Notes: generated from the sequence alone by a model not told the origin. A stretch of DNA of 63,952 nt, filler included, from Octopus bimaculoides (GCF_001194135.2; 9 parts of 7 records of this genome joined end to end with filler, not necessarily neighbours in it), one strand, 5' to 3'; positions 39,720 to 52,842 are shown, counted from the first letter of the whole stretch. Numbers and translations: made by a program.

Positions 39720-41559
39720 AAGAAAGTTAGGAGTTGTGAATCAAACCCACTAAGGGTTAATATCTATCCAATATACTGCAGGAAGAATACCCAATTATTA
39801 TTACACTAGTGTCTTTTCATTGCATGACAATTGCATTACCAAGTGCAATAAATGAGTGAGGGTAAAAAGGTATTTTACCATTAATTTATATAGCAATAAG
39901 AAAATGGAGGGGTTTAATAGGTGGTATTCATCAAATTATAGACATTATATTATGTCAATTTACTTGTTTATTTTCTAAAAAGACAATTATAACAATATAG
40001 AAACACATATGACATATTATGTCTTATATCAGTAATTATAAAAAAATATAACATATAGTAATAGAAATTGGGATAATATCTTACAACTGTTTCAGTCCAG
40101 AGGTAGCATACCTCATTCTACCTATATCACTCCAATCGACTGAAGTAATTAGTAGATGAAATAGAGGTACATGGATGTTTCTCTAGGCCTCTTCAGAGAT
40201 TTTATAAAGTACATAAGATTAAGTTATAGATATAAAAATATAAATACTTACGTATATATCCATATAAAAATAGATGTTTACGTATATATTCTAGTTTAAT
40301 CATATGTTTGCATATTAGTATTTTTATTTTTGATTATTTTGCTTAACGATATCATCATATTGTCAATCCATGTACCTTATAAATAGCATGAATATATGCA
40401 AGAGTCATACCTATATGCAAATAGATATATCTATCTGATTCTATTTTCCATGATCTTTTGGAGGTTTGCTTTAATACTGTTTCAAAAGTAATTACTAAGG
40501 AGCATGTATGTNNNNNNNNNNNNNNNNNNNNNNNNNNNNNNNNNNNNNNNNNNNNNNNNNNNNNNNNNNNNNNNNNNNNNNNNNNNNNNNNNNNNNNNNN
40601 NNNNNNNNNNNNNNNNNNNNNNNNNNNNNNNNNNNNNNNNNNNNNNNNNNNNNNNNNNNNNNNNNNNNNNNNNNNNNNNNNNNNNNNNNNNNNNNNNNNN
40701 NNNNNNNNNNNNNNNNNNNNNNNNNNNNNNNNNNNNNNNNNNNNNNNNNNNNNNNNNNNNNNNNNNNNNNNNNNNNNNNNNNNNNNNNNNNNNNNNNNNN
40801 NNNNNNNNNNNNNNNNNNNNNNNNNNNNNNNNNNNNNNNNNNNNNNNNNNNNNNNNNNNNNNNNNTATATATATATATATATATTAATTCAAGAGTTTGA
40901 CGGGGAGAAGCCCCACCGTGGATTAGACGATAAAGTTTATGTAAAGGATAGGTGAATGAAGAATCCTTATCCAAAAATGGAAAAATGCTAACAAGTAAAA
41001 CATGTCCTTGTAATACTCGTAAATTGAAATAGATAGAATCCAAGACAAGCGTGAAAGAGGAAAAGAAAGAGAGAAAAAATGAGGACACAAAAGTGAAAGA
41101 GGAACAGAAAAATTTCAATATGGGTCAATAATAATTTTCTATATAAAGACTTATGTTTAAATTTATAAGATCAAAAAGAGTGTTTAGACTGGGAAGATGC
41201 CTTGCAGATAACCAAATTTGTGACTCGTCGTAAGTAGACAGAGAGGGAAGAAAAGGAGGTGATACTGAAATATACATTTCCATACAAATAAATTTCAAGT
41301 GACAAATCCATCTTCCACACATTGCCAGTCATATATTATATGGCCGCTTTTGATACAAAGCAGACCTCATTTCATCAGATACCCTATCCGAGAATTCTTG
41401 CATAACGATGTAACATTATAAATATATATATAAAATAAAACATACATACAATTTCTTAAATGTAGTATACCTATAACATGACTCAGAAGCTTCCTATAAA
41501 AATATTGAAAAACGGAAATTTAGACAAGTATGTGGAGAAATATTTAGACGATAATATAT

Positions 41560-41910
41560 AAGAAAATTTTATCACATGGGAAAAAGTTCTACATGACAAA
41601 AGCTAAACATTAAATAAAGTTTGTTCAACAATGAACTAGGCATGAGGAATATTTTCGTTTGGTGAGTGTCATGTCTTGTGTCAACTTATCAAAAGGCACG
41701 AAGATGGTCCCATTACGGGAAAATCCGACATTGTTTCAGATAGATCCAGCTGGTTTCCTTGAATGCTTCCTAAACCAGGATGAGAGTTAACTCCATCACT
41801 TTGGGAAGATACAATCCATGCAGTGGAAACATCCTTCCACACCTTCTCCAAAGAAAATCATGGTTATTTCATCTGCATGGAAGATAACGTTTCCAGTGTT
41901 CTGAGATGCA
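41560..41910 (+). mobile_element. Mariner transposase fragment
   Basis: NELGMRN..W*V, then LFQIDPAGFLECFLNQDES*LHHF..IQSMQWKHPSTPSPKKIMV.SSAWK...VF*D. Confidence 0.8.
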
Positions 41911-42070
41911 GTCCCAATAACGGAGAGCGTGAACATCCCTCCACAAATTTGGTTAAGCGAGGAAAATTTTGGAAGAAAAAATATAAATAAATGAGGGGGA
42001 TCGAACCGGTGAGTTTGTTAGATAATAAGGCATTAAGACAATATGACTCTCCTCAGACACAACATAATAT

Positions 42071-42115
<45 letters not shown>

Positions 42116-42350
42116 TACATACACACGGGGTGCGTAAAATATTTGAGGGCAGATTAATTGTTCATAAAATAAAACAGATATATAATAACAGATATTTTTA
42201 TTTATCAGTTTCAATGACTGCTTCTATATGAAATCTAAATCATCTATGCTNNNNNNNNNNNNNNNNNNNNNNNNNNNNNNNNNNNNNNNNNNNNTTAATT
42301 AATTAANNNNNNNNNNNNNNNNNNNNNNNNNNNNNNNNNNNNNNNNNNNN

Positions 42351-43405
42351 ACACCCTCCTGCAAACTACCTCATTGACGAATGACAGGAACCTTCTCTTT
42401 GTGGCTGGTGATTTCAATGGTCATGTTGGACAACATGCAGGGGGGCTTCCATGGCGTACATGGAGGCTATGGCTTCGGTTCCCACAATGAGGAGGGAACC
42501 AGACTGCTGGAGTTCTGTGATGCAAACGATCTTATGATTTGCAATACCAACTTCAGGAAACCTGCCTGTCACCTAGTCACCTACCGTTCCGGTAGACACA
42601 CTAGCCAAATCGACTACATCCTCGCCAGAAATAGGGAAAGAGGATTGCTTATAAATGCCAAAGCCTTCCCAGGCGAAGAATGTACCCGTCAACACAGATT
42701 AGTAGTTAGCAACTTCAGGATCAAGGCGAAATGGATGCCCAGAAGTAGACCAGCTTAGAGGAGAAGGGTTTGGAAGCTTAAAGATCCTGCAAATGGACAG
42801 AGATTCAGAAATGTCTTACTCGAAGCATTTGACGAAATAGAAGGGGATATAGCATCACACAACATGGAAGACAATTGGAGATTTCTACGGGACAACCTGC
42901 TGAGAGCCACCGACCAGATCTGTGGCTAGTGCAAAGTCCCCTCTCGACCCAAAGTAACGTAGTGGTGGAACAATGTGGTTGACAGGGCTATTAGACAAAA
43001 AGAAACAGGCTTGGAAGGACTGTAAGAATGGAGGTAGCAGGGAATGGTATCAGACTGCCAGAAGGGAAGCTAGGAGACAGGTTTACTTAGCCAGAGGGGA
43101 AGCAGATAAGAAAAAAATTGCCATTGTTCTGCGCCGTGGGGACCAAAGACTTGAAGTATTTTGTGTTGCAAGACTGTGTGAGAGAGAATCGTGATATCGT
43201 TGGTGAGAAATGTGTCCGCTTGGATGATGGCTCACTTGCACTAAACGAGGCTACAAAGAGAGAGGTTTGGACACGCCACTATGAAAGGCTGCTTAATAAA
43301 GAGGATGAACGGGAGAAAGAGAGTCTGCCGAATGTCAACCCAACAGAGGGACCAGCTATCCGAGTTGACAGTACCATGGTAGATAAAACAATTAAGTGTA
43401 TGAAG
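42351..43405 (+). mobile_element. RTE-clade LINE fragment (APE C-half plus linker), decayed
   Basis: LFVAGDFNGHVG..GYGFGSHNEEGTRLLEFCDANDLMICNTNFRK...TYRSG..SQIDYIL...QHRLVV. Later W..HYERLLN, with stops and frameshifts. Confidence 0.92.
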
Positions 43406-46400
43406 TAGTTCAAAGTAGGAACATTTGAAATAGCTAATGCTCGAAGTCCCATACCACAAAGGAAAGGAAAATGTTTTGGTAGTGGGTGGGAGTAGGGTGA
43501 AGTGAAACACTGGAAGAGTTCAAAAAGAAAGAAAAAAAAACCTGCCCTTTTTCTTTTCCATGAAGTATGTGACTTCGAAGAGCAACTATTCAAAAACAGC
43601 ACCAAATACACTTTAACCCAGGACCTTTTGTTTCTGTTTGCTTTCTGAGGGACTTTGCCCAAGTGGAGGGGTTTGTGTTGGTCTGTGGAAAGAGTTTGTC
43701 ATGTAGCGTTTTGTCAGGATCTCACCTGTTCCTGAATGGATGTTGATTTGGCTGTTGGGTTAGCAAGTTCTCTTTGCACCTGTGTGGTTTTTGGTTTATT
43801 CACATTTCACGGCATCTTAGATAAAAACCTTCTACTACTGCTATGGGTTCATTAAAGGCCTGCCAGGGAAATTTTCTGGAGAAATAGAAACTGTTTGAAA
43901 GCTCATGAGAAAGGCTGTTCCTATTTATGGGAATGTAGAATTTATCCATAATTTGGTTAAGCCCTTCTGTGTTGCTCTGGATGCCTTTAGTGATACTAAT
44001 GGGGTTAGTAATCCTTGCAACAAGGTCTCTCTATATAGCTTCCTTCTTCTTCCTAGAGAACCTGCAAAAGTCATTGATATTGATTGTTCTTCTCCAACTT
44101 GCAAATACAAACACCTGTATGTGTGTGTGTGTATAAGGGGGTGGTGTGTGCTGAAAAGTTCCTATATTTGAAGAAAAGATGGTTTATGTATGAAATACAC
44201 TGGTTTAGCAGTGTGGAACATGTGGGAGTAGGAGTTTAGAAGAATTGAGAGGTGAGAATAGATTGATTGTTAACTAAGTAGGACATGCTGAGAGAAGTAG
44301 TGTCAAGTTAAGTGGACTGTATCAAGCAAACATTGACTTTAAATAAGTAGAACACAGAGAGGGTAACAGTAATGTGTTTCTTTCTTTTTAACATCTGTTT
44401 GTCAATGAGATGTTCATTATAGATTTGGATCTCATTGATTTACTGGAGTTTAGAGGATGACAATAGATATAGGAGTGTTTGTGGGGTTATGTGGTTGTGA
44501 GTTCAATCTCAATGTTCTTTAAATAAATGTTCTTTACTATACACAGTAATCCCTATTTGACCAATATCATATGGGTGAAATTGGTTTGTTGGAAACTATA
44601 CAGAATTCACACACACACACACGTATATATATATANNNNNNNNNNNNNNNNNNNNNNNNNNNNNNNNNNNNNNNNNNNNTTAATTAATTAANNNNNNNNN
44701 NNNNNNNNNNNNNNNNNNNNNNNNNNNNNNNNNNNCCCGGGTACTTAACCAGCTATTTATTTTATCGATCTTAGTTTGATAATGATGTAAAATAAAAAAT
44801 AAAAAATGTTCACACGCGCATACAAAGCCAGAGAAATCTATGAGGGGGAGAGAGAGATGTCTCTACTGAATTTGAATCTAGGCTAGATTTAGGTTTCGTT
44901 TATTTTATAACGCAATTGGAGAACAATAACATCATTGGTTACAAGTTTCCAACGGACCAATTTCTGGTTCGCGGCATTTCTGATGGAAATACTGACAACA
45001 GGGCGTTAGTAGCGACTGAACAAGTATAACAAAGGACTTCGTTCAAAGAATGTTGGATTTTCAGTTTTCTTAGTGTTTACATTTTTTACCCACACATGCG
45101 TATGTGTATGTGTGTAAGAATAGAAAAACACTCGACGATACGCCAAAATTTTCATTTGTTCCGATCTACAATTGTTTCCGTGACACATGTGGAAACAGTC
45201 AACAATACAATAATTACATAATTAATTGTAGCTATTAAATAATGTGATGTGGAAATTTATTTCATCAGGAACGTTTTTGATATGCAATTATTATACAGAT
45301 GATAATGTTTATTATAGAGATGACAATGTTATAGAAACAGCTGTGGAGCAGCCCCAATGAAATTTTTGTAATATCATTGAGATCGCGTTTTCTATTCTTC
45401 CAAATACTATATTGGAGTTTAACGACGTTAAAAGACTGAGCTTTTGAATTCCATGGATAAATATATATGTGTGTGTGTGTGTGTGTGTGGTTTGCGATAG
45501 CAGAAACAATTCGTTTTCGCATTATTTAATGTACGCTTTTGAATAAACATACAATTTAGCTTCGCTGAGAACATAACACATATCTGTCCGTGGACAAAAA
45601 TAAGGAGGGATTAATCTGACTAGTTTCTAGCTTTGTTAGACCTTCATCAGGGGAAAAATACACATTTGCTGTCCAAAGATAGAGTATAACTTTATAGCTG
45701 CTTACAGTGCTCACAAACTACGATTCAGTCAATCTAATTTTGCACAGCAGTGTATATGTGACAATAAGGATTAACTAGTTAATTAACCTGCAATGTAACC
45801 AGTGTGTTTATCTTCTACAACGAGGTTAAATACGTATATTAGAAACTTATACTTTATATTTTAAATACTTAAAAAATAAAAAAAAAAAACGAGAGAGAAA
45901 CACTATGCAATGAATGCAATGCACTGACTAACCACGTTGTCGAAGTATATAATCCATTTATAAAAAATTAAACAGAATAGTTTAAATACACGACATGTAA
46001 ATATAAATTTCTTCTAATATTGGGATGTAAAAGAAATACATATCAATACGCATGAGTGTGTGCGTGTGTGTGTAAATCTTTACATACATACATACATATA
46101 TACATACATACGCACGCAGACTGCCAAGGAACAAAGTCTGTGATTTAACCACTTGTTTACTTTGCACTCCGGTGTGCATATGTGTGTGTGTGTGTGTGTG
46201 TGTGTAAAGTTGAGTTTATACTCTGGCAATTCTGAACAACTCTGCCAAGGGCGGTACTCGGAGTAGACTGTCAAATTTTGATTATAAACACATCTATCTA
46301 CTCTAACCAATGCATTGAGTTCAGATAACGTTCGCGCCGTTTAAAAAATGCATTTTAATACATTTTCTAACTCAAAGGTTGGCAGAATAACGCGTCGGAA

Positions 46401-46433
46401 AAAATGATTAGCGGCATTTCTTCCGAGTTTATA

Positions 46434-46641
46434 CAGGGTGCCCACAAGGTCTGGGTACATGAAGTAAATAAAATCATGACATAAACAATTAAATATAAGA
46501 AATAACAATTTCTTAAAGTATGTGTTAATCCCCATGTGGGTACATGGAGTAAATAAAATCTTAACATAAACAAATATAAGAAATAATAATTTCTTAAAGT
46601 ATGTGTTAATCCCCATGTACCCAGACTTTGTGGACACCCTG
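46434..46641. mobile_element. Tc1/mariner-type MITE nested in a family-B SINE
   Basis: 28-bp TIRs CAGGGTGCCCACAAGGTCTGGGTACATG / CATGTACCCAGACTTTGTGGACACCCTG with 2 mismatches. TA lies on both sides. Internal 85/81-bp tandem duplication. Confidence 0.92.
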
Positions 46642-46785
46642 TATATTCCGCCAATAAGTACCAGTTGAGCACTAGGGTTGGTGCAGTCGACTATCGACCA
46701 CGCTGAAAGGATGAAAGGCAAAGTACCGCATCCTTTGTGCCTATAGTAGAAAGTAAAATATATATTTTGAAATTAATGCATGGTG

Positions 46786-46818
<33 letters not shown>

Positions 46819-47422
46819 ATATAAACCTGTGTGTACACGTACATATATACCGAGTTCCTATATGATTATCGTCTAACAAATTCGGTCAACCCAAACCTAC
46901 GATAGGACTGTACCCGGAATTACGTGTTTACGAAGTTGCCCCCACCTCTCGCCCTTTGTCGATCCCAGAGAAATGAATGACAGTCAACAATCACAAAAAC
47001 TTGAGCTGAGCATAAGAGGGAGTGGAAGCAGACATTTAATCTCCCCGCCAACTTTCATATGTTGTCATTTAACCCTAGGTCAGAACGGTCAAGCAGGCAC
47101 ACGGCCTAAATGCGTCCCAGTCGAGACAATCTCGTCTTTTAAATGTAATTTATCCCTCAAATACATTGTGCAATATGTCTTTCCTGGGTCCCCCCCCACT
47201 TTCTTTTAACCTCTTGCCTCTCTTATGTATCACATGCGATATACGAGACATATTTCCGTCGCACTCATGCATCATATATGATACAAATTCCCAATTCTTT
47301 CAACCACCTTGGAATCTATAGCATAACGCTTTCCTTTTATAAGAACGGACGAAATAAGAGTTAACTTTAAGCCTGAAAACAAGCTTGCATGTTTTGGACA
47401 AACTTAAGAAAATGCTTTAGAT

Positions 47423-47685
47423 CGGTGGTTTTCAACTAGGGTCAACATGTCCCTTGGTGGGGTCCATATACGATTTCGCTGTTAAAATTTATCTGCAATA
47501 AATCGGTTATATACTTGTACAATGCACAAAATATTTCAACAATTTTTTAATGCAATTCCTAATGATATTTAATTATAAAAACATAAGATTTTTTAAACAT
47601 CGAATGGTTATGAGAGTCCATCCGAGTAAAAAAGACATCAACGGGCTCCATTGGTAAAAAAAAAAAAAATGACTGGAAAACACTG
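47423..47685. mobile_element. hAT (Charlie-like) MITE
   Basis: Ends CGGTGGTTTTCAAC ... CTGGAAAACACTG. 8-bp TSD CTTTAGAT/CTTTAGAC (7 of 8 match). Confidence 0.85.
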
Positions 47686-47844
47686 CTTTAGACAAAGGGT
47701 TAAGGGCGATGTGTGTGTGTGTGTGTGATCTGAGAGAGAGAGAGAGATGTGGTCGTAATTTCTGGGCTGGTCGATCGACTACAAAGAGGATCGCTCATTT
47801 AATCGATATACTATTTGATAACGAAGTCAGTCAGGGTGACTCAC

Positions 47845-47925
47845 CTTCAGGTTTATTGAATGGGCCAAAAAAAACAAAGGTACAAGAGAGAAAATTAATT
47901 GAAAGGATTCAACTGGGAATCGAAC
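47845..47925 (-). other. Candidate 81-nt non-coding (5' UTR) exon
   Basis: Acceptor TCTGTTCTGTAG| and strong donor AAG|GTGAGT on the minus strand. No upstream in-frame ATG. Confidence 0.4.
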
Positions 47926-48505
47926 CTACAGAACAGACTTAATTCATCAAAAAAAGTAATCAGAATACAAAAAGTTGTTCAAAGTTACACACGTCGCCGC
48001 AGAAGTGTAATGACAAAGTTCCACACGTTGTCACAGAAATGTAATGACACACACACACACACACAAAATGCCCAAAGAAGTTAACAGTAAACAAATACAC
48101 ACACAGAGTTAATAAAGTACACTAGGACACACACAGAAGTTTAAAAATATACACACACATAGTAAATACAATACACAGATATATACATATAGTTAATAAT
48201 TAAAGTATACACGGATTTACACACAGTTAGTGTATACACAGGTACACCGATAAGGAGTAAACATACACATACAACAGAGTAATCACATAGATACATACAA
48301 TAAACAGAGCGATGGTACACACGCACACACAAAGAGTTAACAGAGCAAACACATGAACTCACATACATATACATTTAACAGAGCAATTACATAAAAACAG
48401 ATAGATCCAGAGAACAGAACAGTCATATAAATACATATACACTCAGTTGGGTGAGAGAAAAAGTTAAGTTAAAACAAAACAGAGAGAGAGTGAGGTGGGC
48501 CTTAC

Positions 48506-48760
48506 CGTGATCAAAACCGATAAACCAAGAGGATGAATTTCTAGTTTGTTTTCTACTGCGTATCATCTTTTAAGTCGTTTCATGTTGTATTTTTGTTTTG
48601 GGGGGAAAATAAGAGAAGGAAATTTGGGGTTTTGTTTAAAGCTCCGAAATTCACAGGTAAGTAAAATCCCATCTAGTGTTGGACCGCCGAAAAGAAAAAA
48701 ACGAATGAACTAGAAAGAGTGAGAGAGAGAGAGAGGAAGAGCGCGAGCGAACGAACAGCC
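48506..48760 (-). promoter_or_regulatory. Candidate promoter and first non-coding exon of a minus-strand transcript
   Basis: GAGA tract and CpG-rich GCGCGAGCG. Inr-like TCATTC (A at 48706), donor CG|GTAAGG at 48506/48505, and three short uORFs. Confidence 0.4.
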
Positions 48761-49260
48761 AACAGGTAGGTGGATTACCTGTTTTGTGTGTTTGTGTGTG
48801 TGTGAGTGTGTGTGTTTTTTGTATATAAAACAGCGGTGTTTGTGAAAACAAGTCACATTGCTAGCTATGATGGTGCTTGAGGTTTTATGATAATAGTGGA
48901 GAAAACCGTGTGAGTATTGACACACATAGACATACACACACTGTTTATGTGCGTGTGTGTATAAATATAATCTNNNNNNNNNNNNNNNNNNNNNNNNNNN
49001 NNNNNNNNNNNNNNNNNNNNNNNNNNNNNNNNNNNNNNNNNNNNNNNNNNNNNNNNNNNNNNNNNNNNNNNNNNNNNNNNNNNNNNNNNNNNNNNNNNNN
49101 NNNNNNNNNNNNNNNNNNNNNNNNNNNNNNNNNNNNNNNNNNNNNNNNNNNNNNNNNNNNNNNNNNNNNNNNNNNNNNNNNNNNNNNNNNNNNNNNNNNN
49201 NNNNNNNNNNNNNNNNNNNNNNNNNNNNNNNNNNNNNNNNNNNNNNNNNNNNNNNNNNNN

Positions 49261-49401
49261 ATCCTAACCCTAACCCTATCGCTAACCCTAACCCTAACCC
49301 TATCTCTAACCCGCGTTTGCAAATGAATACGTGTTTAGGGTTAGGGTTAGGGTTAGGAATAGGGTTAGGGTTAGGGACAGGTTTAGGGTTAGGGTTAGGA
49401 T
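49261..49401. repeat. Inverted interstitial telomeric-like repeat (CCCTAA)n-spacer-(TTAGGG)n
   Basis: The first 18 nt (ATCCTAACCCTAACCCTA) are the exact reverse complement of the last 18 nt. Degenerate hexamers lie inside. Confidence 0.9.
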
Positions 49402-49559
49402 CGACCACTCCCGACTAGCTAGCGCGGACGCGCGACTGCGCGTTCGGGTCCGCGCTGCTTTAGTAGTACCTTATATGCCTATACTATAGTCATACGTATG
49501 TGTGTGTGTGTGTGTATATATGGTAAGTGAAATATATGCATTCACATATGTGTATTGTA

Positions 49560-49602
<43 letters not shown>

Positions 49603-49876
49603 AATATATGAGTATATGCATATATATGTACATGTATGTACATACCTTCATCTACATGTACATATAGATACATAACTGGGTACATGACGTAGCAAAAGAA
49701 CATGGACAAAATGGTAAACAAGGTGCAACAAACAAGCAGGCCACATAGAAACATCCCCTTCATCAGCTGCCACCATNNNNNNNNNNNNNNNNNNNNNNNN
49801 NNNNNNNNNNNNNNNNNNNNTTAATTAATTAANNNNNNNNNNNNNNNNNNNNNNNNNNNNNNNNNNNNNNNNNNNN

Positions 49877-49930
<54 letters not shown>

Positions 49931-50059
49931 GTATATATATATATGTATATATATATATGTATATATATATGTATATATATATAAGTTCAAAAAAAGGAAA
50001 ATGACAAAAAACAACAACAAAAAACAACAACGTGAGGACGTGATAATATATACATATAT

Positions 50060-50102
<43 letters not shown>

Positions 50103-51015
50103 TATATATGTATGAGCGTATGTATGTATATATGCTTGTATGAATGTTTACACATGCATGTGTGTGTGTATATATGTATATATCTGTGTGTTCATGCAAA
50201 TGCATGTATATATGTGCGTATATATATATGTGTGTGTGTGTGTACGTGTACGTATGTACCTTTATACATGTATATATATATATATATACACAAAACGTAT
50301 GTGTATGTACACTTGTATACGTATAAGTGTAATTATATTCTTATGTACGTATAAACATCCTATGGTTGGTGATGGCCCTATGATAAAATCCACACACTCC
50401 CACATTTTCATAAAACCGTTAAAAGTAGACATATTTCTTTCTATAGACGCTATTACGTATATATATATTAATTCAAAATTTCCTGAACCAATGGGTACCA
50501 ATTGACTAAAATTGATCCATATTAATTTCATCTATAGGTGTGATGGGTATGAAATATATATATGTTTTGTACTCTTTATTTTTATCTTATAAATGGATAT
50601 TTTTATTTTCTTTTCACCCATTATACATTTATTTCATTTATTTTAAATTTCGTCATTCATTTCTATTTTTACTTTATTTAATTTTCTATTTTTCTTTATT
50701 TTACTTTATTCGTCATTATATTCTAATCAATCCGTTAGCCCTTCACCCGCACATAATAATATCAGCATAATAAATTATCATATTTAGTCTGCTGGTATGA
50801 ACTTGTCGACATGTAACATCTTAAGATATATCTTTTCTCTGATGAAATTATGCTTATAACATATAAGTGCAAATCAAATGCACATATGTGTAATTTAGTT
50901 ATTGAGTACTAATGGAAACGGCTGCAAGAAGTAAAAGATTACCAATTTGTTAATAATAAATAATTATTAACTTTCAACTCTCTATTTTCTTTTCTTCATT
51001 TGACTGGATATGAAC

Positions 51016-51046
<31 letters not shown>

Positions 51047-52242
51047 NNNNNNNNNNNNNNNNNNNNNNNNNNNNNNNNNNNNNNNNNNNNNNNNNNNNNN
51101 NNNNNNNNNNNNNNNNNNNNNNNNNNNNNNNNNNNNNNNNNNNNNNNNNNNNNNNNNNNNNNNNNNNNNNNNNNNNNNNNNNNNNNNNNNNNNNNNNNNN
51201 NNNNNNNNNNNNNNNNNNNTATATATATATATATATGCACACATATACGTACGTATTTAACAGCGTGCAAGTGCGTATGTGTGTATGCTTGTGCGTAGTT
51301 AACGGCCAGTAATATCTCCTTTCACAATAAGAAAAGGCGTTTACCCACTAACACTACCGAAACGGAAATGAAGTTTCCGTCAGCAACTTCATTTCTCCAG
51401 CATCATCGTCGTCGTCGTCCTAGTCACCCACAGCTACCGCCATCATCATCATCATCATCATCGTCGTCGTCGTCGTCATTGTCATCGTCATCGTCACCGT
51501 CATCGTAACCGTCTGATATCATTGCTGTTGTGTAGTTGTTGTTGTTGTTCTTGATATTAAGCTATTTAGGGCAGAATTGCATTTCATTTTCAAGAACATA
51601 ATAGATTTATTAAAAAAAAAAGCAACACAAAATTAAAAAAATACTATGCAAAAGCAAAAAATGAAAACAAATGCAAGTTTCAGTTAAATGATGTCGCGTG
51701 CTTGTGACTATGAAAGAAAGTGAAACTGGAGGCGGTATCAAATGGCTACGTCTTTGGATATATACATTTTATTTCACCGCAGAAAGTTTTCAATTTCTGA
51801 TGGGAATACCAAACCTAACCCCAATGTTCTAAATTCCACAATTGATTTTCTAGCATTTGAAACATTCTTTTCTTTTTTCGTCTTTTTCTATCTCACTTTC
51901 ATGTTGCACGTTGGTTTAAAAAATGGATTCTGGATTATTGTTCTACTGCTTCATTGCCTTCCGTGATATATTGCCACCTGATCGTTTTGCCAGAGCGGAA
52001 CTTTAGTTTTCTTTAGCTTCATTTGGAAGGGACGTACTGTTTTTGTGTAAAAATTCTGCTGCTTGGAGCTTTCGACGTTGCTGTAGCTAATGATATACCG
52101 ACAGGCATCGATGCTGTAGTATCTGCAAAAATTCGTAGACAGAGAGGTGCATAAGTAGTCTTTTGACAGACGTCAGATACCGTTTTTCTTCATCTTCTTG
52201 CCCCTCCCCCAAATTTCAGGCCTTGTGCCTATCGTAGAAAGG

Positions 52243-52284
<42 letters not shown>

Positions 52285-52287
<3 letters not shown>

Positions 52288-52630
52288 TTGTCCACACACG
52301 CTTCTTCTCCGTAACCAGACCATTCCATTTCTCGACTGTATTGTAACTTGCGATGAAAAGTGGATTCTATACAATAATGAAAAACGTTCTTCGCAGTGGC
52401 TGGACCAAAATGAAGTACCGGAAACCTTCCCTAAATCCGAGCTCTTCAAAAAGAAGGTTATGGTGACTGTTTGGTGGTGTACTGCTAGACTCATCCACTA
52501 TAGCTTCTTAAAACCCGGAAAAACCATTACTGCAGAAACATATTGCCAAAATGTTACTTCTCCGTCCCAGACAGGTCAACAGAAGAGGGCCAATCATTCT
52601 TCATGACAATGCTCGATTACACGTTTCACT
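52285..52630 (+). mobile_element. Mariner transposase catalytic-domain fragment with internal deletion
   Basis: PFLDCIVTCDEKWILYNN..RSSQWLD...KKVMVTVWW...IHYSFLKPGKTITAETYCQ, then frameshift to VNRRGPIILHDNARLHV. Confidence 0.92.
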
Positions 52631-52842
52631 TCTCCACACACAACATGGACTAAAATCTTCTTAAGAAAATACGAATTTAAAATAATTTCAATGTCATGAT
52701 TAGCGAAAGCGAAACCAGTTGACAAGCACAATATAAAATATATCAAAAAATATATTAAAACTATGAAAGTGTGTGCAATTTCCTTCTTTTATTTTTTATA
52801 TAAATTTTAACATTANNNNNNNNNNATATATATATATATAGA

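Noticed and set aside
48737-48760. Minus-strand TGTTCGTTCGCTCGCG resembling miR-375
   Set aside because: It is not an exact match, and there is no complementary arm nearby to form a precursor.
49261-49401. Telomere-fusion scar interpretation
   Set aside because: A fusion gives (TTAGGG)n then (CCCTAA)n. The order here is reversed.
23850-50880. Other CTGA(C/T)GA hits (about 23853 +, 49766 -, 50833 +)
   Set aside because: No correctly placed GAAA, stem III or stem I, so they are not counted as hammerheads.
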